Below, one piece after another: positions 50,701 through 61,129 of a stretch of DNA of 64,000 nucleotides. Source of the stretch: Escherichia phage FL08; the sequence record PP400785; one strand, written 5' to 3'. Within the stretch, counting starts at the first letter, position 1; each line of letters starts with the position of its first letter. The position numbers and the translations under genes were made by a program. The notes beneath the pieces were generated by a model that was not told where the DNA came from, searched no databases, and saw only the letters and a program-made list of their open reading frames with translations.

Positions 50701-51665
50701 GAGTGTGGGGAAATCAGTTTAGTGGGGAATCAGACACAACACGTTCTACCGTATTTGAAGTTAGTGATGAAACGTCTAGTCATTTTTATTCTCAGCGTAA
50801 TAAAGCTGGAAATATAACATTTAATATCAACGGTACAGTAACACCGATAAATGTTAATGCTTCAGGAACATTGAATGCAAATGGTGTAGCAACATTTGGT
50901 AATTCAGTCACTGCAACTGGTGAAATTATTTCTCGAAGCGCAAATGCTTTCCGTGCTATTAACGGAAATTATGGTTTCATTGTTCGCAATGATGGGTCAG
51001 TAACGAATTTTATGCTTACTGCATCGGGTGATCAAACTGGCGGATTTAATGGATTGCGTCCTTTAGCTATTAATAATGCATCTGGCCAAGTAACGATTGG
51101 TGAAAGCTTAATCATTGCAAAAGGTGCTACTATAAGTTCGGGTGGTTTGACTGTTAACTCGAGAATTCGTTCTCAGGGTACTAAAACCTCTGATTTATAT
51201 ACCCGTGCGCCAACATCTGATACAGTAGGATTCTGGTCAATCGATATTAATGATTCAGCCACTTATAACCAGTTCCCGGGTTATTTTAAAATGGTTGAAA
51301 AAACTAATGAAGTGACTGGACTTCCATACTTAGAACGTGGTGAAGAAGTTAAATCTCCTGGTACATTGACTCAGTTTGGTAACACACTTGATTCACTTTA
51401 CCAAGATTGGATTACTTATCCAACGACTCCAGAAGCGCGCACCACTCGCTGGACCCGCACATGGCAGAAAACCAAAAACTCTTGGTCAAGTTTTGTTCAG
51501 GTATTTGACGGAGGTAACCCTCCTCAGCCATCTGATATCGGTGCTTTACCATCTGATAATGCTATAATGGGGAATCTTACTATTCGTGATTTCTTACGAA
51601 TTGGTAATGTTCGCATTATTCCTGACCCAGTGAATAAAACTGTTAAATTTGAATGGGTTGAATAA
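47796..51665 (+). CDS. 34: gp34 long tail fibre proximal subunit
   Basis: 1289 aa as in T4 gp34; internal ~40-aa tail-fibre repeats (ITPETLANRTATETRRGIARIAT..., ITPKKLNERTATETRRGVAEIAT...); late promoter upstream. Confidence 0.95.
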   Translation: MAEIKRKFRAEDGLDAGGDKIINVALADRAVGTDGVNVDYLIQENTVQQYDPTRGYLKDFVIIYDNRFWAAINDIPKPAGAFNSVRWRALRTDANWTTVSSGPYQLKSGESISVDTTAGNDITFTLPSTPIDGDTIVLQDIGGKPGVNQVLITAPVQSIVNFRGQQVRSVLMTHPKSQIVLIFSNRLWQMYVADYSREAVVVTPASLYQAQSNDFIVRRFTSAAAINIKLPRFANHGDIINFVDLDKLNPLYHTIVTTYDETTSVQEVGTHSIEGRTSIDGFLMFDDNEKLWRLFDGDSKARLRIITTNSNIRPNEEVMVFGANNGTTQTIELQLPTNISVGDTVKISMNYMRKGQTVKIKAADEDKIASSVQLLQFPKRSEYPPEAEWVTVQELVFNGETNYVPVLELAYIEDSDGKYWVVQQNVPTVERVDSLNDSTRARLGVIALATQAQANADLENSPQKELAITPETLANRTATETRRGIARIATTAQVNQDTTFSFADDIIITPKKLNERTATETRRGVAEIATQQETNAGTDDTTIITPKKLQARQGSESLSGIVTFVSTAGATPASSRELNGTNVYNKNTNNLVVSPKALDQYKATPTQQGAVILAVESEVIAGQSQEGWANAVVTPETLHKKTSTDGRIGLIEIATQSEVNTGTDYTRAVTPKTLNDRRATESLSGIAEIATQVEFDAGVDDTRISTPLKIKTRFNSTDRTSVVALSGLVESGTLWDHYTLNILEANETQRGTLRVATQVEAAAGTLDNVLITPKKLLGTKSTESQEGVIKVATQSETVTGTSANTAVSPKNLKWIVQSEPTWAATTLIRGFVKTSSGSLTFVGNDTVGSTQPLESYEKNGYAVSPYELNRVLANYLPLKAKAVDSNLLDGLDSLQFIRRDIAQTVNGSLTLTQQTNLSAPLVSSSTATFGGSVSANSTLTISNTGTATRLIFEKGPQTGTNPAQTMTVRVWGNQFSGESDTTRSTVFEVSDETSSHFYSQRNKAGNITFNINGTVTPINVNASGTLNANGVATFGNSVTATGEIISRSANAFRAINGNYGFIVRNDGSVTNFMLTASGDQTGGFNGLRPLAINNASGQVTIGESLIIAKGATISSGGLTVNSRIRSQGTKTSDLYTRAPTSDTVGFWSIDINDSATYNQFPGYFKMVEKTNEVTGLPYLERGEEVKSPGTLTQFGNTLDSLYQDWITYPTTPEARTTRWTRTWQKTKNSWSSFVQVFDGGNPPQPSDIGALPSDNAIMGNLTIRDFLRIGNVRIIPDPVNKTVKFEWVE

Positions 51666-51673
51666 GAGGTATT

Positions 51674-52792
51674 ATGGAAAAATTTATGGCAGAGTTTGGA
51701 CAAGGATATGTCCAAACGCCATTTTTATCGGAAAGTAATTCAGTAAGATACAAAATAAGTATAGCGGGTTCTTGCCCGCTTTCTACTGCAGAAGGACCAT
51801 ATGTTAAATTTCAGGATAATCCTATCGGAAGTCAAACATTTAGTGCAGGTCTTCATTTAAGAGTTTTTGACCCTTCTACAGGAGCATTAGTTGATAGTAA
51901 GTCATATGCTTTTTCTGCTTCAAATAATACTACATCAGCTGCTTTTGTCAGTTTCATGAATTCTTTGTCAAACAATAGACTTGTTGCTATATTAACTAGC
52001 GGAAAGGTTAATTTTCCTCCTGAGGTAGTGTCTTGGCTAAGAGCCGCGGGAACGTCTGCCTTTCCATCTGATTCTATATTGTCAAGATTTGACGTATCAT
52101 ATGCTGCTTTTTATACTTCTTCTAAAAGAGCTATTGCATTAGAGCATGTTAAACTAAGTAATAGAAAAAGCACAGATGATTATCAAACTATTTTAGATGT
52201 TGTATTTGACAGTTTAGAAGACGTCGGAGCTACGGGATTTCCTAAAAGAACGTATGAAAGCGTTGAGCAATTTATGTCAGCGGTTGGTGGAACTAATAAC
52301 GAAATTGCACGTTTACCAACTTCATCCGCGATAAGTAAACTCTCTGATTATAATTTAATTCCTGGCGATGTTCTTTATCTTAAAGCACAGCTATATGCTG
52401 ATGCCGATTTACTTGCGCTTGGAACTACAAATATATCTATCCGTTTTTATGATGAATCGAATGGATATATTTCTTCAACACATGCTGAGTTTACTGGTCA
52501 AGCTGGGTCATGGGAATTAAAGGAAGACTATGTAGTTGTTCCTGAAAATGCGGTAGGATTTACGATATATGCACAAAGAACTGCCCAAGCAGGTCAAGGA
52601 GGCATGAGGAATTTAAGTTTTTCTGAAGTATCAAGAAATGGCGGAATTTCAAAACCTGCTGAATTTGGCGTCAATGGTATTCGCGTTAATTATATCTGCG
52701 AATCTGCTTCACCTCCAGATATAATGGTACTTCCTACACAAGCATCGTCTAAAACTGGTAAAGTGTTTGGACAAGAATTTAGAGAAGTTTAA
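51674..52792 (+). CDS. 35: gp35 long tail fibre hinge
   Basis: 372 aa as in T4 gp35; AAGAGG SD. Confidence 0.88.
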   Translation: MEKFMAEFGQGYVQTPFLSESNSVRYKISIAGSCPLSTAEGPYVKFQDNPIGSQTFSAGLHLRVFDPSTGALVDSKSYAFSASNNTTSAAFVSFMNSLSNNRLVAILTSGKVNFPPEVVSWLRAAGTSAFPSDSILSRFDVSYAAFYTSSKRAIALEHVKLSNRKSTDDYQTILDVVFDSLEDVGATGFPKRTYESVEQFMSAVGGTNNEIARLPTSSAISKLSDYNLIPGDVLYLKAQLYADADLLALGTTNISIRFYDESNGYISSTHAEFTGQAGSWELKEDYVVVPENAVGFTIYAQRTAQAGQGGMRNLSFSEVSRNGGISKPAEFGVNGIRVNYICESASPPDIMVLPTQASSKTGKVFGQEFREV

Positions 52793-52797
52793 ATTGA

Positions 52798-52822
52798 GGG
52801 AGCCTTCGGGTTCCCTTTTTCT
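52798..52822 (+). terminator. rho-independent terminator after gene 35
   Basis: GGGAGCC-UUCG-GGUUCCC followed by UUUUUCUUU. Confidence 0.75.
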
Positions 52823-52823
52823 T

Positions 52824-52831
52824 TATAAATA
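52824..52831 (+). promoter_or_regulatory. late promoter (TATAAATA) for gene 36
   Basis: Exact TATAAATA 24 nt upstream of the gene 36 ATG, directly after the gene 35 terminator. Confidence 0.7.
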
Positions 52832-52854
52832 CTATTAAAATAAAGGGGCATACA

Positions 52855-53511
52855 ATGGCTGATTTAAAAGTAGGTTCAACAACTGGAGGCTCTGTCATTT
52901 GGCATCAAGGAAATTTTCCATTGAATCCAGCCGGTGACGATGTACTCTATAAATCATTTAAAATATATTCAGAATACAATAAACCACAAGCTGCAGATAA
53001 CGATTTCGTTTCTAAAGCTAATGGTGGTACTTATTTAAATAAAGTAATTTTTAATAAAGGAATGACTGTTCCTGGCGCAGGGTCAGGCGATAATGGTATT
53101 TTTGCTGGTCCTGGTGATAGTGCCACGTATGATACTACAAATATGGATATTGTTTCGTGGTATGGTATTGGTTTTAAATCATCACAAGGAACAGCAGGTA
53201 GAACTGTAGTAATTAACACACGAAATGGAGATATTAGCTCAAAGGGCGTAATTGAAGCATCACAAATCCGTGTAACTTCGTTATCACCAGTAAATAATTA
53301 TGACCTTACGCGGAAAGATTATGTTGATGGAGCAATAAATATTGTTACAGCAAACGCAAACTCTAGGGTATTACGCTCTGGAGACACTATGACAGGAAAT
53401 TTAACTGCGCCAAACCTTTTTTCACAGAATCCTGCATCTCAACCCTCACATGTTCCACGATTTGACCAAATTGTTATTAAGGATTCTGTTCAAGATTTCG
53501 GCTATTATTAA
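52855..53511 (+). CDS. 36: gp36 long tail fibre distal connector
   Basis: 218 aa (T4 221); own TATAAATA late promoter. Confidence 0.88.
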   Translation: MADLKVGSTTGGSVIWHQGNFPLNPAGDDVLYKSFKIYSEYNKPQAADNDFVSKANGGTYLNKVIFNKGMTVPGAGSGDNGIFAGPGDSATYDTTNMDIVSWYGIGFKSSQGTAGRTVVINTRNGDISSKGVIEASQIRVTSLSPVNNYDLTRKDYVDGAINIVTANANSRVLRSGDTMTGNLTAPNLFSQNPASQPSHVPRFDQIVIKDSVQDFGYY

Positions 53512-53519
53512 GAGGACTT

Positions 53520-56500
53520 ATGGCTACTTTAAAACAAATACAATTTAAAAGAAGCAAAACTGCAGGAGCACGTCCTGCCGCTTCAGTATTAGCCGAAGGT
53601 GAATTGGCTATAAACTTAAAAGACCGTGTACTTTTTACTAAAGATGACCAAGGAAATATTATTGATCTGGGATTTGCTAAAGGCGGTAGTATTGACGGGA
53701 ATGTTATTCATACAGGCAATTATAACCAAACTGGCGATTATACTTTAAATGGCGTCTTCACTCAGACTGGTAATTTTAATTTAACCGGTACTGCTCGAGT
53801 AACTCGTGATATTATTGCCGCTGGGCAGATTATGACTGAAGGCGGTGAACTTATTACAAAAAGTTCAGGTACAGCACATGTTCGTTTTTTCGATGGCAAT
53901 AGTCGCGAACGTGGAATCATTTATGCCCCGGCTAATGATGGTTTAACTACACAAGTACTTAATATCAGGGTTCAAGACTACGCCGCTGGTGATGAAAATA
54001 CCTACGCGTTTTCAGGTACTGGTCTTTTCACAGCTCCAGAAGTTTCTGCGTGGAAATCTATTTCGTCTCCACAAATTCTGACCGACAAAGTTATTACAAA
54101 CGGGAAGAAGGCAGAAGATTATGATATCTATTCATTGGCAAATAACACCCCATTATCTGAAAGCACTACTGCTATTAATCATCTTCGTGTCATGCGTAAT
54201 GCAGTCGGTTCTGGTATTTTCCATGAAGTTAAAGACAATGATGGGATAACTTGGTATGCAGGTGATGGACTTGACGCCTATCTTTGGTCGTTTACTTGGT
54301 CAGGTGGATTGAAAGCGGGACATTCTATTTCTGTAGGCACCCCAGGCGGCCCCAAAGGATACTCTGAATTAGGGACTGCTTCAATTTCTCTTGGCGATAA
54401 TGATACCGGATTAAAATGGTATCAAGATGGTTATTTCTATGTAGTAAACAATGGTACGAGAACTTTCCTTTATAGTCCTGAATCAACCGTAAGCCTTAGA
54501 AAATTTGTAGCTGGATATTCTACTAACGGAACCGATTTAACTACTCCTCCAACTGAAAACTATGCTCTCGCTACTGTCGTGACATATCACGATAATAACG
54601 CGTTTGGAGATGGTCAGACTCTTTTAGGATATTACCAAGGCGGTAATTATCATCACTATTTCCGTGGTAAAGGTACTACAAACATTAATACTCACGGCGG
54701 TTTGTTAGTTACTCCTGGTAATATTGACGTTATTGGTGGTTCTGTTAATATCGATGGTAGAAATAATAATTCAACTTTAATGTTTAAAGGCTATACCATG
54801 GGTCAAAGCTCCGTTGATAACATGTATATAGCTGTTTGGGGAAATACTTTTACTAATCCAAGTGAAGGTACCCGTAAAAATGTCATGGAAATTTCTGATG
54901 ATATTGGATGGATGCATTATATTCAACGAACAACTGCAGGTAAAGTCGAATCGGTTCTAAACGGCACCCAGATTGTTAATGAAAACTTGACCGTAGTAAA
55001 AAATGCTACATTTGGTGGTACAATCAGCGCAGCAGGTGAAATTTCATCTGGGGCTGTGAATGCGCTTCGTATTTGGAACGCAGATTATGGAGCTATTTTT
55101 AGACGTTCAGAAGGTAGTCTTCATATTATTCCAACTGCTTATGGTGAAGGTAAACATGGTGATATCGGCCCACTTCGCCCGTTTAGTATGGCTTTAGATA
55201 CTGGTAAAGTTACTATTCCAGATTTACAATCAAGTTACAATACGTTCGCAGCAAACGGCTATATTAAATTTACTGGTCACGGTGCGGGCGCTGGCGGTTA
55301 TGATATTCAATATGTTCAAGCGGCTCCTATTTTCCAGGAAATCGATGATGATGCTGTAAGCAAATATTATCCTATTGTTAAACAGAAGTTTTTAAATGGT
55401 AAAGCCGTTTGGTCTTTAGGTACTGAAATTAATTCAGGTACATTCGTTATTCATCATCTGAAAGAAGATGGTTCACAAGGCCATACGTCTCGTTTTAATC
55501 AAGACGGTACTGTTAACTTCCCAGATAACGTTGCTGTCGGCGGCGGTGAAGCTACTATTGCTCGTAATGGTAACATCTGGTCTGATATCTGGAAAACGTT
55601 TACTTCAGCAGGCGACGTAACTAATATTCGCGATGCTATTGCTACTCGCGTTGCCAAAGAAGGCGACACGATGACCGGGCGCTTAACTCTTAATGCAAAC
55701 TCTGATGCCATCGTTATTAACAGCACCGCAACCGAATCTGGCTATTTGAAAGGACAAAAAGCCGGCGTTGATAACTGGTATGTAGGTAATGGTGGGACTG
55801 ATAATGCTATATCGTTTTATAGTTTCCGAACTAATTCAGGCATATATGTTAATAATGGTGGTGATATTGCTTTAAACCCGGAAGGGTCTGCCACTTTTAA
55901 TTTTAATAGGGATCGAATTTATATAAATGGGTCAGTCTGGGCCGCACACCAGGCTGGCGATTGGGGAAATCAATGGCGCCAGGAAGCTCCTGTATTTGTG
56001 GATTTTGGTAATGTCGGTAATGATAGTTATTATCCTATTATTAAAGGAAAATCTGGTATTACTAATGAAGGTTATATATCTGGTGTAGATTTTGGTATGC
56101 GCCGTATCACTAATACATGGGCACAAGGTATTATTCGTGTAGGCAACCAGGAAGGCGATTCTGACCCACAAGCGATCTATGAATTCCACCACAATGGAGT
56201 TCTGTATGCTCCTAATATGGTTAAAACTGGGGCAAGACTATCAGCTGGCGGTGGTGACCCGGTGTGGACTGGACCATGTCTTGTTATTGGTGATAATGAT
56301 ACCGGATTAGTTCATGGTGGTGATGGGCGAATTAACATGGTTGCAAATGGAGTGCATATTGCTTCGTGGTCAGCTGCTTATCAGATCCATGAAGGTCTTT
56401 GGGATTCAACTGGTGCTTTATGGACTGAAACAGGAAGAGCTATTATTTCTTATGGGCATTTAGTCCAACAAAGTGATGCCTATTCCACATATGTCCGCGA

Positions 56501-56849
56501 TGTTTATGTTCGTTCTGATATTCGTGTTAAAAAAGACCTTGTTAAATTTGAAAATGCTTCTGAGAAGCTTTCTAAAATTAACGGTTACACTTATATGCAG
56601 AAACGTGGAACAGATGAAGAAGGTAATCAGAAATGGGAACCTAACGCTGGTTTGATAGCTCAAGAAGTTCAAGCTATTTTACCAGAATTAGTTGAAGGTG
56701 ACCCGGATGGTGAAGCTTTACTTCGTTTGAACTATAACGGTGTAATTGGTTTAAATACAGCTGCAATCAATGAGCATACTGCAGAAATTGCGGAACTTAA
56801 ATCAGAAATTGAAGAACTTAAAGCATTAGTTAAATCATTGTTAAAATAA
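53520..56849 (+). CDS. 37: gp37 long tail fibre distal subunit with C-terminal chaperone-like domain
   Basis: 1109 aa; N-terminus [16 protein letters not shown]; last ~110 aa (SDIRVKKDL...INGYTYMQK...[16 protein letters not shown]...coiled coil) resemble an intramolecular-chaperone/autoproteolysis domain. Confidence 0.9.
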   Translation: MATLKQIQFKRSKTAGARPAASVLAEGELAINLKDRVLFTKDDQGNIIDLGFAKGGSIDGNVIHTGNYNQTGDYTLNGVFTQTGNFNLTGTARVTRDIIAAGQIMTEGGELITKSSGTAHVRFFDGNSRERGIIYAPANDGLTTQVLNIRVQDYAAGDENTYAFSGTGLFTAPEVSAWKSISSPQILTDKVITNGKKAEDYDIYSLANNTPLSESTTAINHLRVMRNAVGSGIFHEVKDNDGITWYAGDGLDAYLWSFTWSGGLKAGHSISVGTPGGPKGYSELGTASISLGDNDTGLKWYQDGYFYVVNNGTRTFLYSPESTVSLRKFVAGYSTNGTDLTTPPTENYALATVVTYHDNNAFGDGQTLLGYYQGGNYHHYFRGKGTTNINTHGGLLVTPGNIDVIGGSVNIDGRNNNSTLMFKGYTMGQSSVDNMYIAVWGNTFTNPSEGTRKNVMEISDDIGWMHYIQRTTAGKVESVLNGTQIVNENLTVVKNATFGGTISAAGEISSGAVNALRIWNADYGAIFRRSEGSLHIIPTAYGEGKHGDIGPLRPFSMALDTGKVTIPDLQSSYNTFAANGYIKFTGHGAGAGGYDIQYVQAAPIFQEIDDDAVSKYYPIVKQKFLNGKAVWSLGTEINSGTFVIHHLKEDGSQGHTSRFNQDGTVNFPDNVAVGGGEATIARNGNIWSDIWKTFTSAGDVTNIRDAIATRVAKEGDTMTGRLTLNANSDAIVINSTATESGYLKGQKAGVDNWYVGNGGTDNAISFYSFRTNSGIYVNNGGDIALNPEGSATFNFNRDRIYINGSVWAAHQAGDWGNQWRQEAPVFVDFGNVGNDSYYPIIKGKSGITNEGYISGVDFGMRRITNTWAQGIIRVGNQEGDSDPQAIYEFHHNGVLYAPNMVKTGARLSAGGGDPVWTGPCLVIGDNDTGLVHGGDGRINMVANGVHIASWSAAYQIHEGLWDSTGALWTETGRAIISYGHLVQQSDAYSTYVRDVYVRSDIRVKKDLVKFENASEKLSKINGYTYMQKRGTDEEGNQKWEPNAGLIAQEVQAILPELVEGDPDGEALLRLNYNGVIGLNTAAINEHTAEIAELKSEIEELKALVKSLLK
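56514..56849 (+). other. gp37 C-terminal intramolecular-chaperone (peptidase S74-like) domain
   Basis: Motif S-D-I-R-V-K-K (Ser with Lys five residues later) followed by GYTYMQK and [13 protein letters not shown] and a terminal coiled coil. Confidence 0.6.
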
Positions 56850-56854
56850 TAAGA

Positions 56855-56868
56855 GGGGCTTCGGCCCC
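56855..56868 (+). other. UUCG-tetraloop hairpin between genes 37 and 38
   Basis: GGGGC-UUCG-GCCCC followed directly by the gp38 SD (UUGGAGG); no U-tract. Confidence 0.5.
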
Positions 56869-56880
56869 TTGGAGGTTTAT

Positions 56881-57672
56881 ATGGCAGTAACAGGACCGTG
56901 GGTAGGATCGTCTGCAGTAGTTAATACAGGACAAAATTGGATGGGTGGTGCCGCGCAGAGATTGAGAATGGGAATTCCGTTTTGGATGAGTAATATGATA
57001 GGTCGATCTGTTGAAATAATTCACACGCTTGGAGCAGACCATAACTTCAATGGTCAATGGTTCCGAGATAGATGTTTTGAGGCAGGTAGTGCACCTATAG
57101 TGTTTAATATTACTGGAGATTTAGTATCATATTCTAGAGATGTTCCTTTATTCTTCATGTACGGAGATACACCAAATGAATATGTTCAGTTAAATATTAT
57201 TGGCGCTCATATGTGGGGTAGAGGTGGACAAGGTGGATGGACTCATTCCGGTGGAGATGGTAATGGACAACAAGGCGGGCATTGTATTCAAAACGACATT
57301 GGTGGACGATTAAGAATTAACAATGGTGGAGTAATCTGTGGTGGCGGAGGCGGTGGTGGCGGCATTGCTTACCGTGTTCACTCAGGGGCAAACTGGAAAG
57401 ATATTGGTGGTGGCGGCGGAAGACCATTTGGCCCAGGTGGTGGCGGTGGTTACTCAGGTGGCGCAGCTTCATACGTCGCCCCAGGAGGTGGTTACCAATA
57501 CGGAAATGCTCACTCTGGCCAGGGCGGCGATGCCGGAGGAAATGGACAAAATGCCTGGTCTGATGGTGGTAAAGTTCTAAAGGTTGGTGCAGGAGGAGCA
57601 GCAGGTTATGCTGTCATAGGATCTGCTCCAACTTGGCAAAATGTTGGAGTAATATATGGTCCAAGAGTATAA
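56881..57672 (+). CDS. 38: gp38 T2-type receptor-binding adhesin with glycine-rich motifs
   Basis: 263 aa from the ATG at 56881 (GGAGG SD); poly-Gly blocks ([40 protein letters not shown]) separating variable segments; unlike the T4 gp38 chaperone. Confidence 0.85.
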   Translation: MAVTGPWVGSSAVVNTGQNWMGGAAQRLRMGIPFWMSNMIGRSVEIIHTLGADHNFNGQWFRDRCFEAGSAPIVFNITGDLVSYSRDVPLFFMYGDTPNEYVQLNIIGAHMWGRGGQGGWTHSGGDGNGQQGGHCIQNDIGGRLRINNGGVICGGGGGGGGIAYRVHSGANWKDIGGGGGRPFGPGGGGGYSGGAASYVAPGGGYQYGNAHSGQGGDAGGNGQNAWSDGGKVLKVGAGGAAGYAVIGSAPTWQNVGVIYGPRV

Positions 57673-57703
57673 TTTTGAATAAATACCCCTAAAAGGAGGG
57701 TCT

Positions 57704-58360
57704 ATGGCAGCACCTAGAATATCATTTTCGCCCTCTGATATTCTATTTGGTGTTCTAGATCGCTTGTTCAAAGATAACGCTACCGGGAAAGTTCTTGCTT
57801 CCCGGGTAGCTGTCGTAATTCTTTTGTTTATGATGGCGATTGTTTGGTATAGGGGAGATAGTTTCTTTGAGTACTATAAGCAATCAAAGTATGAAACATA
57901 CAGTGAAATTATTGAAAAGGAAAGAAATGCACGCTTTGAATCTGTCGCCCTGGAACAACTCCAGATAGTTCACATATCATCTGAGGCAGACTTTAGTGCG
58001 GTGTATTCTTTCCGCCCTAAAAACTTAAACTATTTTGTTGATATTATAGCATATGAAGGAAAATTACCTTCAACAATAAGTGAAAAATCACTTGGAGGAT
58101 ATCCTGTTGATAAAACTATGGATGAATATACAGTTCATTTAAATGGACGTCATTATTATTCCGACTCAAAATTTGCTTTTTTACCAACTAAAAAGCCTAC
58201 TCCCGAAATAAACTACATGTACAGTTGTCCATATTTTAATTTGGATAATATCTATGCTGGAACGATAACCATGTACTGGTATAGAAATGATCATATAAGT
58301 AATGACCGCCTTGAATCAATATGTGCTCAGGCGGCCAGAATATTAGGAAGGGCTAAATAA
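57704..58360 (+). CDS. t: holin T
   Basis: 218 aa as in T4 T; single N-terminal TM segment (VAVVILLFMMAIVWY) and a large C-terminal domain; AAGGAGGG SD. Confidence 0.93.
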   Translation: MAAPRISFSPSDILFGVLDRLFKDNATGKVLASRVAVVILLFMMAIVWYRGDSFFEYYKQSKYETYSEIIEKERNARFESVALEQLQIVHISSEADFSAVYSFRPKNLNYFVDIIAYEGKLPSTISEKSLGGYPVDKTMDEYTVHLNGRHYYSDSKFAFLPTKKPTPEINYMYSCPYFNLDNIYAGTITMYWYRNDHISNDRLESICAQAARILGRAK

Positions 58361-58633
58361 TTATTTGTTCGTATACATTTCTAGATATCGATATACACCC
58401 TCAAAACCCTCGTTGAATTCATCGATGAGGGTTTTCTTATCTTCTTGAGTTAATTCAGAAACAATTTTACGAAATGAATTCTGATTTAACTTTCTACCTT
58501 CATGCGTTACTCCAATCTCATTAAGAAATGCAATAAAATTAGCACGATTCTCAACAATATCTTCTCTGGAAAATTTAATCAAAATAGATGCAACAGTAAT
58601 AATTTCACGAACTGTATCAATGTTTTTATTCAT
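58361..58633 (-). CDS. asiA: AsiA anti-sigma-70 factor
   Basis: 90 aa; MNKNIDTVREIITVASILIKFSREDIVENRANFIAFLNEIGVTHEGRKLNQNSF... recognised as AsiA. Confidence 0.93.
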   Translation of the reverse strand: MNKNIDTVREIITVASILIKFSREDIVENRANFIAFLNEIGVTHEGRKLNQNSFRKIVSELTQEDKKTLIDEFNEGFEGVYRYLEMYTNK

Positions 58634-58645
58634 TAACTATACCAC

Positions 58646-58798
58646 TCAATTAGTTGACTTTGTTATAATATCATCAGACGCTTGATTTGTAAACTGGTCT
58701 GTGTTATTTTCTTCAAAAATTTTTTCTACGAATTCCTTGAACGACTCGCGTTCCTGAGCTACATTATGCTCGATTACCTTTTCAAGATTATGACTCAT
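58646..58798 (-). CDS. small hypothetical protein
   Basis: 50-aa ORF (MSHNLEKVIEHNVAQERESFKEF...) with an ATGA overlap on the arn stop; below the ORF-track length cutoff. Confidence 0.4.
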   Translation of the reverse strand: MSHNLEKVIEHNVAQERESFKEFVEKIFEENNTDQFTNQASDDIITKSTN

Positions 58799-59073
58799 TC
58801 GAAATAATCTTCAATTTCGTAATCATGGACATAAATCATTATAGTTTTTAATACATCATCAATACTTTTTCCTGGAGCTGGAATTACGTAAAAATATCCT
58901 GCTTTTGAGAGGTCTTTATAAGTTCCAATCAAGAAATCATTATTCTCAAGATGTAACTCTTCAACTAATTCATTGACAATTGAATGGTATAGGTTTGGTA
59001 GAAACTTATATAGCTTTTCTAGAATATCAATTTTGATTGTGTATTGAACCACGGACTGAGAATCAATAATCAT
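58795..59073 (-). CDS. arn: Arn anti-restriction nuclease (McrBC inhibitor)
   Basis: 92 aa as in T4 Arn; MIIDSQSVVQYTIKIDILEKLYKF... Confidence 0.85.
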   Translation of the reverse strand: MIIDSQSVVQYTIKIDILEKLYKFLPNLYHSIVNELVEELHLENNDFLIGTYKDLSKAGYFYVIPAPGKSIDDVLKTIMIYVHDYEIEDYFE

Positions 59074-59150
59074 AGACCTTCCCCTTATGTTTCTGTTTGC
59101 GATTAGATTCTTTAAACGCTTTCTTCTTATCCTTATGGACAGAAGCTTTA

Positions 59151-59375
59151 TTAAAATTGTGTTTTGCGACTAAATTGTTCATAGTGCTGAATTACCTCTC
59201 TCAAACACTTGCATGTGAATGAAAACTTTTTAGCTACACCACATTCAAATATATGTTCTCTTAAATCGCGTGTATCAGTATATCCCATCTCAACAATAAA
59301 ATGCCGTATTAGATTTTTATCTTTATCATTGAGAGAATTAAAATAATCAGATTTTGAATTAATTTCCCTGGCCAA
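59151..59375 (-). CDS. hypothetical protein
   Basis: 74-aa ORF between arn and motA. Confidence 0.45.
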   Translation of the reverse strand: MAREINSKSDYFNSLNDKDKNLIRHFIVEMGYTDTRDLREHIFECGVAKKFSFTCKCLREVIQHYEQFSRKTQF

Positions 59376-59655
59376 ATTGAATCACCTTCAGTTGACGTTT
59401 TAACTCTTTTATCATCTCTTCGTTCATCGCAATATAAAGATCGCGTAAAGCAGGTTTTAGCATTCCATTTACCGGAGAACTAAATGGGCATACATAATCT
59501 TTTCCTACGAGCTTTTTGGTGAATTCCATATCACAGAACTTAAATCCCGGCTCATTGGTATAAATTCCCCAATTAGTTGACATCATTTTATTAGCATATT
59601 CCAGTGCCTGGATTTGATTCATAATTCCATCAATTTGAAACTTTTTAATATTCAT
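59359..59655 (-). CDS. hypothetical protein
   Basis: 98-aa ORF. Confidence 0.5.
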   Translation of the reverse strand: MNIKKFQIDGIMNQIQALEYANKMMSTNWGIYTNEPGFKFCDMEFTKKLVGKDYVCPFSSPVNGMLKPALRDLYIAMNEEMIKELKRQLKVIQFGQGN

Positions 59656-60116
59656 TAGTAAAGGTCCTCAGAGTAAAGTTCTTTTTCACTACCACCACGT
59701 TCAATACGTACTTGTCCGGCATAAGTTGCAATAATCATTGCTTCTTCACGTGTCCAATAATTACTATATTGGTCAATAAATCCTTGGTCATCATCACAAA
59801 CTTGTTGAGTAACTAATTGAGGTTTAACTACATCTAAAACTTCTGCCATATCTTTAGAATAATGACGAGCACCTGGAATAATAAGAGTTCGTCCATCTTT
59901 TAATTTAAAACGATTAGCTGCACAGACAATTCGTCGTTGATACTTTTGGTTTTCATCCCAATATGCAGTCTGCCAACAGATTTCAGGAACTTCTTTCAGA
60001 ATATCTTCTTCTGTGCATTTATAACCATGCGCTTTAAATTTTTCAACAAGACTTTCTGGAGTCTCACGAGATAAAGGAACATTCAGCATTTTTAAACGAT
60101 TGATAAATGAGTTCAT
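59655..60116 (-). CDS. hypothetical protein
   Basis: 153-aa ORF. Confidence 0.5.
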   Translation of the reverse strand: MNSFINRLKMLNVPLSRETPESLVEKFKAHGYKCTEEDILKEVPEICWQTAYWDENQKYQRRIVCAANRFKLKDGRTLIIPGARHYSKDMAEVLDVVKPQLVTQQVCDDDQGFIDQYSNYWTREEAMIIATYAGQVRIERGGSEKELYSEDLY

Positions 60117-60442
60117 TTAAACCATCCTTTAATACGCTGCCACAAAGTTTTCTGTTGAGCTTTGTTGACACCAATTGAGCGAATAACTGGTTGAGATTCC
60201 TGGAATTCTTTATAATCAGCAAGGTAAATTTCGTAAGCTGCATCCGTAAATGAACTTATCGCTGCCATAAAATTATTGCGAATACCTACTGGAGCATCTT
60301 TACTTTCACGAATAATCATGTATTTACCAGTCTTAATCTTTACGATAGTTCCAAGATAAGCTCCATGGTACCAAATATCCCAACCCTCTTGAGTGGGTTC
60401 TGCGCAACGACGAAGTTCATTAACAATTTCTAACTTGTTCAT
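60113..60442 (-). CDS. hypothetical protein
   Basis: 109-aa ORF. Confidence 0.5.
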   Translation of the reverse strand: MNKLEIVNELRRCAEPTQEGWDIWYHGAYLGTIVKIKTGKYMIIRESKDAPVGIRNNFMAAISSFTDAAYEIYLADYKEFQESQPVIRSIGVNKAQQKTLWQRIKGWFK

Positions 60443-60452
60443 TATTTATTCC

Positions 60453-61088
60453 TCACAGTTCAGATGCTACAGTGATTACTGCTTCAATGTTTTCTGCCGA
60501 GCGTTTAATGTCAAGATACACATTACCGTTTTTAGCGATTTTACATGACATTCCGATATCAGTAAATTTCTGAATATGGTGTTCCATCATTTTGTATCCA
60601 AAAATTCGCATATTTCCATTGTTGTTAATTTCAAAATTACGAATTCCGTGAGTGCGTTTTTCTAAAATAGCGAGATAGTTACTGCGATAAGTTTCAACCT
60701 TTTTAAGAACAAATCCATTTTCATCTAAAAGTTTTAACATGAGGTCTTTATCTTCTTCCATATCAGAAGTAATCTCACGAGCTTTACGAGTTGCTCGTTT
60801 TTTCAGCAGTTCCGGAGCATTTTCTTGTGCGTATAAAGTTGCTGCATTTGAAATAATATCCTGAGCTTCACCAGTAATGATTAATCCATCACCAGATTTC
60901 TCCACCAGGCCTTTTTTAATCAATACCCCAATATTACTATTAACTACTGCGTTACCTAAATCTGGATGCACCTCACGAACTTCTGCAGCTGTAATGAAAT
61001 CTTTCTTAGCAATAGTAATTAAAATCGCAGCAGTTTTTTCATTCAGAACATCGTTAGAAGCTTTGATGATGTAAGTTACTTTAGACAT
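60453..61088 (-). CDS. motA: MotA middle-transcription activator
   Basis: 211 aa as in T4 MotA; early promoter upstream. Confidence 0.92.
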   Translation of the reverse strand: MSKVTYIIKASNDVLNEKTAAILITIAKKDFITAAEVREVHPDLGNAVVNSNIGVLIKKGLVEKSGDGLIITGEAQDIISNAATLYAQENAPELLKKRATRKAREITSDMEEDKDLMLKLLDENGFVLKKVETYRSNYLAILEKRTHGIRNFEINNNGNMRIFGYKMMEHHIQKFTDIGMSCKIAKNGNVYLDIKRSAENIEAVITVASEL

Positions 61089-61129
61089 TTTCTAATCTCC
61101 GTAATTCTGTATCAGTAGTTGATAGTTGT

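Noticed and set aside
56869-56880. Upstream start for gene 38 given in the ORF track (MEVYMAV...)
   Set aside because: That start is not an ATG and the GGAGG SD is positioned for the ATG at 56881, which also gives a T2-like 263-aa product.
57330-57480. GGTGGNGGCGG-type repeats in gene 38 as a possible CRISPR or tandem-repeat locus
   Set aside because: The repeats are in-frame glycine codons within the gp38 ORF, irregular in length and without spacers; a coding glycine-rich motif, not a CRISPR array.
59060-59182. 41-aa basic ORF (MNNLVAKHNFNKASVHKDKKK...) overlapping the arn start and the 74-aa ORF
   Set aside because: Overlaps two other ORFs on the same strand in different frames and has no clear SD; cannot choose it over the 74-aa ORF without expression data.
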